64,000 bases of DNA, taken from Podarcis liolepis. Taxonomy: Eukaryota. Of the stretch, positions 25,632 to 38,560 are shown piece after piece (position 1 is the first letter of the stretch; each line of letters opens with the position of its first letter). A model generated the notes under the pieces. It searched no databases and was not told where the DNA came from. It saw only the letters and a list, made by a program, of their open reading frames with translations. Location: assembly GCA_965112155.1 (NCBI GenBank), contig OZ218098.1; one strand, given 5' to 3'. Position numbers and translations under genes: made by a program.

Positions 25632-26790
25632 TCATGTAACATAAACAGCCCTGTCTTCCAACGTAGGGAAATGGCCAGTTTTAATGTGTTTCACCTCCAT
25701 TTGTTTAGAAGGTGCTACCTTCAAAAGCAGTCTAACGGTGCATCTCACTACAGATGCAAAAACCTCATTGTAGTCCTCTGCATACTTTTGCGAGTAACCT
25801 TTGGCAGCAAGTCTTGCTTTGTAGCATTCAACTTCCCGTTCTGTGCCCTGCTTTACCTTGCATACCCACTTGCTTCCAATTGTCTTCTTCCTGGGGGGCA
25901 TCTTGATTAAAGTCCAGGTTTGGTTCTGGTGCAGGGCATCCATCTCCATGCACCTTCCTTCCATAGACGGGCTTCAGCAGCTGCCACCTGCTCCATCTCT
26001 TCCCAGGTGGAAGGTTTCATGGGGTGATGCCGGCTTGTGATGGAGGACAGTTGCAGAGTTGGAATAGCTTTCTTGGGTCTCACTGAGCACCTGACCTCTG
26101 TCTCTGGAGTCACATCATCTTCCTCATCACCAAGTGCAGGCATCTCATCATCAGTCTCCTCCCCTGTGGGAGTGCTGCTGCTTGGACTCTACTCCTCTGC
26201 TTCTCCTTGCTGCTCATCATTTGTGCTAAGTGGTGTGACAGTAGAAAACAGATCTGGACATCAATTCAGGAAAGTACTTGTGGGCTTGTGTTTCTTCCTC
26301 TGACTCCTCAGAAAAATCTATCTCTTGTCAGCTTTCCTGTGCTCATCAAAATGAACCACATGTCTTGTGCTGACCTTTCCAGTATTCAAGTTCATCACTT
26401 TGTAATATCTGCCTCCAATACCATATCCAAACATAATTGCCTGTTCCTCTCTGGAGTCTTAACTTGTCCCTGTTCTCCATGGGTACATAGGCATAGGCAA
26501 TGCTGCCAAACACAGATTTGTGTGATATGTTTGGTACACTTCCATGCTCAAAAGGTGTGCGTTCAGCTCCCTTGGTTGGCAGACTGTTCTGGAGAGCCAT
26601 CTTCTTCTCTCTCAATTTGAACATCAAAGTAGTAAGAAACATTTCTGAGTTCCTTTATCTCTGCTGCTTTGCCCATCAATCTCCCCTGGTGCCTCCACTT
26701 TATTTCATCTACAGTTTTAACAAAAATGGCATTGCGAGCCTGTTCTCTAATTGACAGAAAGCTGGAACTGAGACATTTTCTGGCCTCATA
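25632..26790 (-). mobile_element. Degenerate Ty1/copia LTR-retrotransposon pol remnant (integrase C-terminus, linker, RT)
   Basis: Minus-strand peptides LQNSLPTKGAERTPFE...VFGSIAYAYVPMENRDKL (integrase C-terminal region), KPSTWEEM...W (RT lead-in) and MDALHQNQTWTL..PP.KKTIGSKWVCKVK....VECYKARLAAKGYSQKYAEDYNEVFASVV (copia RVT_2). Frameshifted; no LTR identified. Confidence 0.9.
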
Positions 26791-26829
26791 CAATCAAGTG
26801 AAAGCCTGAAATGAGGGACAGCTTAAGGA

Positions 26830-27340
26830 AAACAGGATTCATGTGGATATAGATATTTTCACATTCTTCTTAAACAATCAGCTGAGAATTTATAGATTTA
26901 GGCAGATAACTTTGAAAAATGAATATGGAAATGAAAATACCTCATATATATCGAATGATTACTCATATGGGAGAAGATAGATTGTGTTATGGGAAGCAGT
27001 GATTGGGGTAACTATCTCAAGAGACACCTAGAAATATATAGGCAATTCAGAGGAATTACAGTCAATGTGGCATTTAACCCCACTTAGAATAGCTAGAATT
27101 TATGATACCAGTAATGATGACTGTTGGAAATGCAGCTCAGTTACAGCATATAATTTCCACTATTTGTGGAACTGCCCTGAAGCAAAAACAATACCAGCAG
27201 GAAATGGTATCTAATATAAGAAGCATGTTGAAACAACCTGTTCAGCTAGACTCAAAATTACTCCAATTAACTTATTTGAAAGACACAGTCCTTAAAGGCA
27301 GGGAGAAACTGTTGTTTAATATAATTCTATTCTAATATTA
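26830..27340 (+). mobile_element. L1/Tx1-type LINE ORF2 C-terminal remnant
   Basis: From 27065: MWHLTPLRIARIYDTSNDDCWKCSSVTAYNFHYLWNCPE, matching the W-x-x-TP-x-R...CxxC...H..W.CP zinc-knuckle motif of L1 ORF2. Confidence 0.75.
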
Positions 27341-27364
27341 TATGAAGTGCTACATAATATAATA

Positions 27365-27563
27365 CAGTGGTACCTCGGGTTATGAATTTAATTCATTCTG
27401 GAGGTCCGTTCTTAACCCGAAACCGTTCTTAACCTGAGGCGCGCTTTCACTAATGGGGCCTGTTGCCACCGCCGCATGATTTTCATTCTTATCCTGGGGC
27501 AAAGTTCGCAACCTGGAGCAACTACTTCCGGGTTAGCGGAGTTTGTAACCCGAGGTACCACTG
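27365..27563. mobile_element. Tc1/mariner (Tigger/pogo-like) MITE
   Basis: Perfect 18-bp TIRs CAGTGGTACCTCGGGTTA / TAACCCGAGGTACCACTG with TA duplication. Same family as 53076-53298. Confidence 0.92.
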
Positions 27564-28114
27564 TACTGTATTTTTACTACGAGGGGTGGTAACATTTGGA
27601 TTCTCTGCCCCTAGCGCCAACATTTCTTAAGCCATCTCTGCATGCAAGAGGTTCTATCAATGCTGCTGGGATAGAGTCCTAATGATATTTTTCTTCCCCT
27701 GGCCTTGTCAGTTTTGTCAGCTGCTTCCAGAGGATTTTGACTTGTTTCCAGTGTTATTTCTACTCAGAATAGATCAATTGAAATTAATGGACATGGCTAA
27801 CTTAAGCCCGATTAACTTCAGTGGGGCTACTCTGCATAGAATGAGCACTGGATACAACCCTATTTGCTTCCAACGTGAGGGCCAAGTGGGCTCTTCACCA
27901 GCCAAGCATTATTTCGTTCCCAATGAGAGATTGTTGGGTGGCTGCAGTTTCCCAGTCCACAAAATTGCCCATCTGATATGAACTCCTAAGCCTTGAGATG
28001 ATATATATGAGGCTGACTGTCACCGACAGCAATCATAATGTAAAGCCTTCTGCTCCACGTACCATGGCAGATGAGAAATAAAAGCCAGGAAGATGCAAGC
28101 ATGCTTAAAAGTAC

Positions 28115-28130
28115 CCACTAGGTGGCACTC
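28115..28130 (+). promoter_or_regulatory. Candidate CTCF-binding site
   Basis: CCACTAGGTGGCACTC closely matches the CTCF core CCACYAGRKGGCRSY. Confidence 0.45.
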
Positions 28131-29735
28131 ATGTTCTATTAACACTGCATCACTGGGCTATCACTGGCTCAACGTGAGTGATAAAAGACTCAATTGACTG
28201 CTGGTTTAACAGCCAGCGCAACACTCTTATATGCAAAGTGACAGGAATGTTTCAGGATGACTGATACTGTCAGGAGCTCTGGACTATTTTGCCACCAAAA
28301 CTAAATTGTGCATTCTCCAAGTGATTACTGGATGGTAGTAGAAAGGCAGTGGAGTGGATAGAGGCCATTTGGATTGGCAGGACCCCTGGAAAATGCAGAC
28401 ACAGGTGGGCAAATGGATAGCAGGATTCTTGGGGTTCCCAAGCTATGGAATAGCAGCTGTGGCATAAGCCAGGCCCCCAAATGTGGATTTTATGCAAAAT
28501 TGCAGTGACATGAGTAGCACTTGCATACTAATATTTGGTTGGAAAACTGGGATGAGGAGACGTCCATGCCTCCAACCTAAAACCTATCATGCTCTGCTGC
28601 CGCTTCACATCAATTCTCACATACCCCAGCTTCCCACTATTACCCTGTATGCTCCTTGCATGGTATTCAATGCTGGTCCTGTGCAGAATAGGCCTGATGT
28701 TAAGAGACATGGGCTTATTGAGTTCAGTGGGTCTACTTTGAGTAGGGACTTGAATCCAACCCACACACTCTGCCCACCTTCTTTCACTCTCCTCCAATTG
28801 CTCAGATCCTCACATGTTATGCTACAGACTGACTTACCAATTTCCCTTCCTCTTCTGACCTTCACAGTCCCACCGAAAAGTCTTCACGAGCTCTTCCCTT
28901 GCCACGAGCCCTCCAGATAATGAACTTCACAACCCTGCTTAGTTGAAGCTCTTTCCTTTTACACAGCCATCTTTCTAGGCAGCACATTGCCACTGAATAC
29001 TACTTGAGTTGAATAGTAGGGGTCTGTCCACCAGTGGATAGATTATGAAAGCTCCTTCCTCCTCCAGAGCTTTGTCCTCGCCCATCCAGGCCATTGTACA
29101 GAGGAAAGCTCAAATAGGGCATTCAATACCTTCCTTCTGTCCTGGGTCATTAATCCTGTGGAGTGTGAGCCAAACTTCCAGCACTTAAAATCAAATAAAA
29201 TAGGGCATTCAGCTTCTTCCTCCAAGCAGTTAACCAATGGGTCTGTTCTCTCAGGCTATCCTTGAGCAGGTTGACTGTAATAATATGTATAATAGTTGGG
29301 GGGGGTGGAATTTAAGGGTGTTTTATTTTGTTGAGTTAGTCAGTGTGTTACAGTATTTTTTTTCTATATGATGTACAGATGCCTAAATGATATTTCTGGT
29401 AGGCACATTTTTATACATGTAACAATACACTGCTGAAAATAAAGGAGGCTTGCAGGAATAGGAGAAAAACCCCAGTTAGTTGGGGGAAAGTTGGGGGGGA
29501 ATCAGGGCTCTTATAGAAAATGAGTTGGGGTTTGGCTTTCTTTCGTCTTCTTTTCCCCTCATGGCATTTCTTGGCATCCACTCAGCTGGGCAGGCTTTTT
29601 AAAAATCAAAGAGCCCCAAGGAGGTTTTTATATGTTTCTTTATTATCCCATTGTTGAGGAAGAGGGCAGAAGGAGAGAGAGTGAGACATGATTTAGCAAT
29701 TGACGTTTGTTTAATAGGTAATGTCTTAATGGAGA

Positions 29736-29741
29736 AATAAA
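29736..29741 (+). terminator. Candidate distal polyadenylation signal of SYT7
   Basis: AATAAA ending a TE-poor, U/GU-rich UTR-like stretch (29280-29760), followed about 30 nt later by a U-rich element (ttttttatttttgtg). Confidence 0.45.
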
Positions 29742-31004
29742 ACCAAATTGTATTGAAATGAGAGGGGCCTGCTTTTTTATTTTTGTGCCCCCTCTTGTAC
29801 AGCTGTCAGCCAATCAGATGCAAAAATATAATAATTATAATAGTGGGATATCAGAAACAATGGGGTTTTTAATGCCAAAGCAACCTGGGAAATACATGAC
29901 ATCCTATTTCAGTATTTTATCAGCTCTCTGTTCCGAGACAATGCAAGAACCTTTTTCTCAGCTGCTTCCTAATAAGTCTTCAGTAAAATAATTGTTAAGT
30001 CCATCAAGCTATTTATTAATAATAATGTTTATTATTTATTAATGACTTCTTCTACTGTTAGTGAATTGTGCCCAATTTAATTTTGATGCCATCTTTTGTA
30101 AAGGTTTTAACAGGCGATCCACAAAAGGGCATCAGTTTTTGTGTTTTGTTATTTAGTGTGAGAAAAAGGTCATCAAAATCACAAACCATTATTCCCTTTC
30201 TTGGATTGAAGCGCTAAAGTGCTTTTATCGGGAACAAAATCCTCCTCTGTCCCAGTCTAAAATTCACAAAGCAGTTGGGAGTTGCTGGTGTTTTCATGTA
30301 CACTTGGCTTGCCCCAAATAGTCACAAATTGCAGGGCTGTACAAATCACAACAAACTGAATTTGGATCTTCCACATCACGAGAAGCTCACAAGCGTCATT
30401 ATCTAGTTCGTCATGACATTACAGATCCTTGGTGACATTACAGATTCTGCACTGTGATTATCACTGGAAAGTATAAACAGCAGTGGAAACAGGACACTGA
30501 CAATTATGGGTGGCAAGTGTTTTATTAATGGGGGAGGAAGTCACACAATGACCATAATAGCAGATAAGATGGTTGAATGACTGGCTTTCCATATCAGCAA
30601 AAGCTTACTTGGCATTTTAGGCAGCTGAGTAATCCTGAGAAATTCACTCCTCGTTCTTGAAAAACGGGTTGAAAAAAATTCTATATTAGTTGTGCACAAC
30701 TTTTAACTTGCCAAGCAGAACACAGCTCAGTAGCCTTGAAGGTGACGTGTCAGATAACCCACTGACCAACTCTCGACTTTGCTTTTACAGTCCCAAGCAG
30801 CCAGGAGATGTATTGCGCACCTGGTGTGGCATCCATTGCTAGTATTTGGCCTGCTGGATCTCAGGCAGTGCAGGCCTGATATAAGCAGTGACAGATCTGA
30901 AAGGACATATATCATAGTTCCCCGTTGTGATGCAAGAGTCCAGTTTTCTAGTAACACTGGCTTCTCCCAGATTGTCATTATGCCTATCACGCAGAAACCA
31001 AATA

Positions 31005-31173
31005 CCGTATTTTTCGCTCTATAACACGCACCCGACCATAACATGCACGTAGTTTTTAGAGGAGGAAAATCCATAGGCATGCCACCCGTAGGCATTCCCT
31101 CCATAACACGCACAGACATTTCCCCTTACTTTTTAGGAGGAAAAAAGTGAGTGTTATGGTGCAAAAAATACGG
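31005..31173. mobile_element. Tc2/pogo-like MITE (same family as 21298-21554, opposite orientation)
   Basis: TA-CCGTATTTTTCGCTCTATAACAC ... GTGTTATGGTGCAAAAAATACGG-TA. 31101-31173 is close to the reverse complement of the start of the 21298 copy. Confidence 0.85.
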
Positions 31174-34004
31174 TAATTTTATACTGGGAGAAGCTTCCCA
31201 TCCACCTACTCTACAAGCCAGATTTTATATTGGCTTTGATTGTACTACTTTGGTGGCACTGACTGATGCTTTTACTTCCACAAACTGCTATGATGCTTTT
31301 TATGATTAGCAGACTAGAATTATTTTAAAAAGAGATTTTAGCATTGTACTGAGCACCTGTGCCAATATCCTGTTTTCGCCTCTGCCCCCAGCCTAACATT
31401 GAGGTTTACAGTGAAATTATATTCCCTCCTCTTCATCCAAACACAAGCCAGAATGGGAAAGCCGCGGAGTCTCCAGATACCTTTCTAGTTTTACCTCATG
31501 CTTGCAAGGTAAACACCAGGAAGTTACCAGAACTCCACAAGCTTATTAACTTTCACATCCAAAACAGAAACAATAAAGCTGGCATCGCAGGGTCCTTTCT
31601 TACTATTGTTCTTGTTTTGTTTTGTTAATGATCGTGAGGTGAGGTGAGCTTCTTGGATTAAAGAGCAAAAGTGACCTTTGAAGTCTGGCACCTGTTCATT
31701 TCTACCACATCAGCCTCAAAGTAGAACAAAAAGCTACATGCACCATTCTCCTCTCCCCAGAAGCATTCAGTATCATGTACTTACTCTGTGTTAGGATGTC
31801 ACTGTGTGCATTTCACTAAGCCTTCACATCATTGGTGGGTGGAAAGCAGTGAAAAACCAGTAACATTGTGGCATCTCATCAGCAAATGGAGAGGGTCCTT
31901 TTTTGTCAACATACCTGCATTCCATGAATTGTGCAGCTTCACTTTCAAGGTTCATGTGGATCTGGCGGGAATGAATGGCTGCAATGGCGCCAGAGTTACT
32001 TCTTGCTCTTCAATTCTGCCCTCAGTAGATAGCCGATGAGACGTCAGGCTGTATGTAAACTGATGATAGGTGCACGTTTTATGCAAAAGAGCTTGCCAGT
32101 GAGGGAAGTCATCTCAAGTGCCAGACAATCTTGTCAAATCCAATCAATCACCATAAAACATTCTTAGCTTCACTTTTTAAAAAATCAGACAAGTTCAAGA
32201 TTGATAAACCTGGCAGCACACAACAGGAAACAGAAGTAACCTCGTTTCACATTGCTGGCCGACAGCAATGGTGGCACTGATTGGCTGACAACCGGGGTGC
32301 TTTGGTGAGTGGCTTGGTAGAGAACTGGAGCCATACAAATTGACGGGAAGCAATGTGTGTTTGTGTGTAGAGATACAGATAAATGCACAAAGCACCAGGA
32401 TGGTTGGATTCTCTTTCTATCTCTGTCATGGAGCAACTTTCTGGGTTAGTACGCAAACTTCTCATGGCCTCACTTTGCCCACCTACTGTACAATGGTGAT
32501 AATAATACTTCCCTACCTCACAAGGGGATGGTGTGAGGCTTTCAAAATCAGGGCCTTGAACGTGTTAAATAAAGTGGCATTGCACAAGAAGTCTCCGCTG
32601 ATATCATGGGGCAGAAAGTTCATCAGTCTGTGTAAACGTAGTTCAAACTGATCCCCTAATGCTAGGATAGCCTTTGATTAGAGGTGCTACAACTGACACG
32701 CAAAGTATTATTACCACCATTGGCAAACTGAGCCATTGCTCCAGCCAGCCTGCCTGTGAAGTATTTCCTGCCCCCTCGCCTACCACCACTCCCCCAAACC
32801 AGAAGCGGTTTCTTTTGTACAATTGGAATTTGGAGAGTTGTGTATTCATTTTTAATTCTAGAGCTCTTAGCTGTATCTTGTTCAGGTATCTCTTCTTCAT
32901 GTGATGATAACCATCTAACATAGTGTGTGCAAACAGAAAAAAGGTGAAAAAAAATATATGACTACACTGTAGACAACTTCTTTCCTAGCAGTGAAGGTGG
33001 CAGTCCAGCTAGACTCAGCTGCCACCTCCTTCCTATTGTGTTTGGAGATGTTTAAAACTCATGGAGCAGACATATTTTATAATAAAACCTGATAAAACAC
33101 ACCAAAAAAGGATGGGAAAAATATTACTACTACTGCTACTACTATTACTACTAAGCCAGTGTGATTTCATCATCACTGATGTCTACGAGGTAGGAACATT
33201 TTCTTTGCAGAACCATATTTTTGGAGAACCAGGCCCCTTGTTTTGTAGAGGAGGCCTCCTGGTCTAAATAATAAAGGATAGTAAAATAAGTCAACACTTG
33301 GCTTTCTCTTTCTGTCATTAAAAAGGGAGTGGGGGAGAAGAATACCATCCTAATGGTTTCCAGGTTAGGTGGGCAACACACTCATTACTATTGTGTCATA
33401 AGCCTCTGTTGGATATTCCCAACAAAGGCACAATTCTAACAGCCTGCACACCCAAGACCATTGTGAACATCCAATAAAATAAATATAAAAACATTTGTGG
33501 CTGGGTGTTCCCTTGACCTGACCCCCAACCCCCCTGCCAGCACTGGAACACTCATCCAGAATATCTTGCTTAAGAGCAACAAGCCCTTGCAGAAAGTCTG
33601 CAGCTGTAGAGGCTGAAACAAGCTTCTTGGTATACATAGAGAAACTGGCTCTCCCTCTTAAGAGTGGGGGGGGGGTGTACTTGTCCTTTCACAATGACCA
33701 CCTGTAAATCAGGGGATTTTGTTCCTTGCCAGAACTAGGGGTGGATGGATCTGTCTGTTTCGAGTACCTGTCACTTCCATTCATAAATCCAGTCAATCCC
33801 ATTTCTGCATTAACCTAAGGGTGGGTGGTTTTTTGTTTTTAATCACATTTTAAATACTTTCAGATGTATTTTCTCGCAGTCTCTAAACAGATATGCCTTA
33901 AAATTCATATTTCTAAACATATTTAAGGCTGAAATGTGGTCCTTGGGAGGATCTCAGGGGCAATACAGTGGGGTGGGGATATTATAATTATTATTACAGT
34001 ATTG

Positions 34005-34475
34005 TTTATTATTTATACCCTGTCCATCTGGCTGGGTTTCCCCAGCCACTCTGGGCAGCTCTCAACAGAATATTAAAAACACAATAAAACATCAAACATT
34101 AAAAACTTCCCTAAACAGGGCTGCCTTCAGATTTTTTCTAAAAGTCAGATTTCCTTGACATCTGATGGGAGGGCGTTCCACAGGGTGGGCACCACTACCA
34201 AGAAGGTCCTCTGCGTGGTTCCCTGTAGCTTCACTTCTCACAGTGAGGGAACCGCCAGAAGGCCCTCGGTGCTGGACCTCAGTGTCCGGGCTGAACGATG
34301 AGGGTGGAGATGCTCCTTCAGGTATACTGGGCTGAGGCCATTTAGGGCTTTAAAGGTCAGCACCAACATTTTGAATTGTGCTTGGAAACGTACTGGGAGC
34401 CAATGTAAGTCTTTCAGGACCAGTGTTATATGGTCTTGGCGGCCACTCCCAGTCACCAGTCTAGCTGCCACAATC
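34005..34475 (-). mobile_element. L2 LINE 3' fragment (fairly well preserved)
   Basis: Minus-strand AARLVTGSGRQDHITLVLKDLHWLPVRFQAQFKMLVLTFKALNGLSPVYLKEHL...RTLRSS, followed by a 3' UTR and an ataaat(aat)n-type tail. Confidence 0.88.
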
Positions 34476-37400
34476 TGGATTATCTCCCTCTTAAGTGAAC
34501 AAATACAGAAATCCATCCCTGGAGAGGGAGATCCAACCTCATAAGCTGCCTCAGATCTGTGATCTATGGCTGGGTCTACAACTTTTGGGGGCACCAACAT
34601 AAGAGCGGGGGGAAGGAGGTGTTTCAGTCACAGCAGATAGAATAAGCCAGCCCTGGAACTGGCAGTGGTTTAGTTTATTATTCTCTCATTTGAATCCATG
34701 CTGTGAAACTTAAAAATAACTTCCAAAATACATACAAAAAAGGAGGGAAGAATGCCCTATTACTACTGTCCACTTTTCCATTAGGAGCCCAGCACGACCC
34801 AAGAAAAAGTGGATTCTCTGTCTTCTGTTCTCCCTTCCCTACCCTCTGCTTTGCCCATGCATTAAATGTATTCTTAATATATGAAACATATTTTTAAATA
34901 ATTTTGCTGAGGATTCCATCACAAAATTTGCTGAAGTGCACAATTCCAAAGGAGCTCTACAGTCCAATCTGCACATTAGTCTGGGAGGCGTGGCTCAAGT
35001 CAGTTCATATCAGATTTCAGAAATAATTCATTTCTCAAGCATCCATAGGCAGAACTAGGGATGGGGGAGAAATTTGTTTCCATTTTAATGATAAACAACC
35101 TAATTCACCCTTCTTAATACTTGAATCTCCTAATTTTGCACTGCAGTTTCCCAACCAATGGGTACAAAAACGTATATATTAGGAGAAATTCACATTACAA
35201 TGCCGATAGATTTTCTTGCTTGCTTTAAAAAAAAAAATCACAAATTGCTGCAGAAATAGGAAGAACACAATTTAAGATCGGAAAAATGAGAAACTGAGAG
35301 AAACCAAAGTTAACAGATTTGTGCATCTCCAGCCCCAACTGATCTGCTGGTTAAAAATTAAGGGTGGATTAGAAGGCAATTCCTGGGTAAAACAGAGGCT
35401 TTTCCACATTCAGTCTCACACTCATACAATTTACATAGCCATCTCAGTCAAGTGGGAGTCAGCAGCTGTGTCCACCCCACTCTGTGGACTTTGCAACTTC
35501 TGCAGAACAGATCTAATCTAGGGGCTGGTTATTTGATGATCACAGCCCAGCCAGAGGTGTTTGGGTGACCAGATCCTTCAGAACACATAAGGAATGTTGC
35601 TACAGGAGCAAAACAGTTCTGCTTCTGGGCATGCATGTTAGGGGAATTGGGAAGACCAATTCAAGCTCAAACTGCACAGTCTCTCCTTCCTTGAGAGAAC
35701 TGTTCCTTTCCCCTTTCCTGTCACTCACCTGCATTGCAAACCCCGCTCACACCTCACACAAACATATACATACTAAATATTTGCAAAGTAAACTTCGCTC
35801 TCAAACATGTAACTGAACTGAACTTTACTCATGAAAGCTTCTCAAGCTTTTGGCTGACGATGGGGCCTTCTCTGATTTAAGCTCTTGCTTGGGCGATCCT
35901 TCAGTTGCAGACAAGAGGAGCAGATTGAAATGACAGGATCTTCCAAGAAAAATGCCCTCCCCCTTTAGCCTCATTAGCACAAGAGACGAGAATGTGTTGT
36001 GGTGTCAAGAACAGATGAACATTTCCTAAGGGGTGCTCTTTAAAACAATGCAGTTGTTTTAAGCAGACTCAACATGTGGTTAATCACCCAGAAATGTGAC
36101 CCAAAGCCATGTGCTTTATGGAGCACAGGTGGAATATATAGAACAATGTGTTAGGAAGAAGAAAAATACAGCTATTGTTGATAGATGAAAAGCCAGTGAA
36201 GAGGATGACAAGGTAATTATGCTTTATTATGACATCTGTGCAGCACATGTTAAGCCAAAATTAATCTGCTCCGACAGCTTCTATGAGGAAGGTAAAATAT
36301 CAGGAGAGTCTTCTAACAAAGCACAGGTGAATGAAAACTTACTGTGCCTCCATGAGCAATGGAAAGAGCCCTAGAGAGAAAGGGGCACGGGGGCTTCCAT
36401 TGGGTGGATAGGTGCTGTTTATTTAGAGAACTTCCTTTCCTTTCCCATGCCTCCCTCAGTATCTCTAACCCCATATGCCTGTTGCAGCTAGCTTGCATTT
36501 ACCTTGTCTATTCTCCTTTAGCAGAAGCTGACAATAGAAGATGGGGTGGTGTCCCCGAAAGAAAAGCATTCAGAGTAGGTAGGTAAGGCTGCAATACTAT
36601 GCTCCCTTATCTGGGAATGAGCCTTAATGCACTCAGTATGCTTTGCTTCTGGGGAAATGTGTAGGATTGTGTTGCAGGAAACTTTATGTAAATATGGATT
36701 CAGGTGCCGAATTTGGAGGTGCTGACTGCAGGGTCCGAGAGTATTTCTCAGCAGAATTGCAGGCCAGATCCAGGAGAGTGGGCAAGGGGGGAAAGAGGCA
36801 ACAAAAGGAGTTGGTGCCAGCAAGTTTGCCAACTGACCACATGCTTCAGAGCAGAAAGGACCAAGGAGGAAAAGAATAGTCAAAAATATTTTTCTTTTAA
36901 CCCAGCCAGAGTTGGGCAGACTGGTTACTTAATCACAGGTGAAGTGAAACAGCATCCTGATGGCAACAAGATTTGACTTATAGCTTGCATTAAGAATGCT
37001 TGAGAATATGAAACCAATAGTTCATATTCCAGCTGAATATCTCCAGGGGTCTCATTATGTTCATATAGGTAGATTCCCCCCCCCATGCTTATTTTAAAAC
37101 CTCAATTCCTGAAACTCTGCAGATATGAACTGAAAATATCAGCGTGTACCTGCCAATAACAGAAGATATCTGTTTATTTTTTATTGTACAGCAGTTTCCT
37201 TGCAATCTTGCTTTATTTTAAAGGGAATTATTAAGGTTGGGGGAAATTAACCCTATTATAGCACCATAGGTCTAAAAGCCAATGTCATGTTTTTTTCTTG
37301 TATGAAAGAATACGTGTGTAGAGAAAACCATGAAAATGTTGCAATGGATGGCAGGAAATGTCCTCCTTTTCCATCTAGCCTATCACATTTACGTTCACTA

Positions 37401-38231
37401 ACAGCTTATTACCTCTGCTCATTGATCATAAGAACAGAATATGGTTGGTATAATCCTCAAAAGCATAGCTAAGGAATAATGCTCACATTTCGGTGACAGC
37501 ATGTCACAGATTCAATCCTTGGCATTGCCAGTTAAAAGGATTTAAGGTAGTGGGGCTAAGAAAGACAACTGCTTAAGATCTGGAAGAGCCAAAACCACTT
37601 CGAGTAAGTCACTGCTGGATGATGCAGTGACTGCTTTACATGACTGCTTTAAAGAAGTCCTATGGCACCGGCTAGAATGGTGAATCTGAAATAACAGTCC
37701 TGCCACTGGAGGAGTCACTATGATGACTGACCCTTCTCAATTGCAGTCTATGGAACAGACTCCTTTGCCCACCGTTTGGCATCAATGAAGTGGACGATTA
37801 GCTGGAATAAGACTGAGAAATATGAAAGACTTAGCAGTCACAGATGTGTTAATGTAACTGTGGTGAACCTATGACTGTATACTTTGACAAAAAGTTCCTT
37901 AAGGCTCTCCTTTTGGAATGTAAGTCTTGGGGCATTGGAATGTAAGTCTTTGAAAGATATCTCCTTTTTGCTTGTAAAATCTCTCTTGAAGTCTCCAGGT
38001 TGTAACTACTGATACACCTGATATGAAAAATCTAAACTATAAGGCTGTGCGCACACACCATGTTCATGCTGCCCACGCAATATTGTACTCATCCAACTAA
38101 CAGCCTGCACTTTGACCTGCTTGATTCAGATTTTCCTGAAAGAGCTGGGGAAAAGATCAAAGGAAAAGAAAGATCCAACATAAAATCGCGTCACTCAAAT
38201 GTGGATGAACTGAACTGTGTGGAGGGAGAGG

Positions 38232-38234
<3 letters not shown>

Positions 38235-38272
<38 letters not shown>
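38235..38272. repeat. (GA)n microsatellite
   Basis: Uninterrupted GA run. Confidence 0.95.
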
Positions 38273-38275
<3 letters not shown>

Positions 38276-38461
38276 GATGTTTTCCTGGGTGCCATCTATT
38301 ATTTCCATTGGGGAGATGCTCCTCAGTGGGTTGCTGGTAGGGCCAGCCACAATACACCTACATTTTTTAAAAAAGTGTTAACCCATTGTTTTGTGCAAGT
38401 CTGATTTATTGAAAACTTGTATTCTGCCCCCCGCAAAAAATGGCCATGTGCATAGGCAAAC

Positions 38462-38560
38462 AAACACCACAATGGACCTCAGGTCTCTGAAACTCAGGGA
38501 GAGGAAGGAGGACAAAAACACCACAATGGACCTCAGGTCTCTGAAACTCAGGGAGAGGAA
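38462..38560. repeat. Perfect 45-bp direct duplication with a 9-nt spacer
   Basis: aaacaccacaatggacctcaggtctctgaaactcagggagaggaa at 38462-38506 and 38516-38560. Confidence 0.95.

Noticed and set aside
38462-38560. Direct repeats resembling a CRISPR repeat-spacer unit
   Set aside because: Only two copies, a 9-nt spacer, a vertebrate context and no cas genes; it is a simple tandem duplication.
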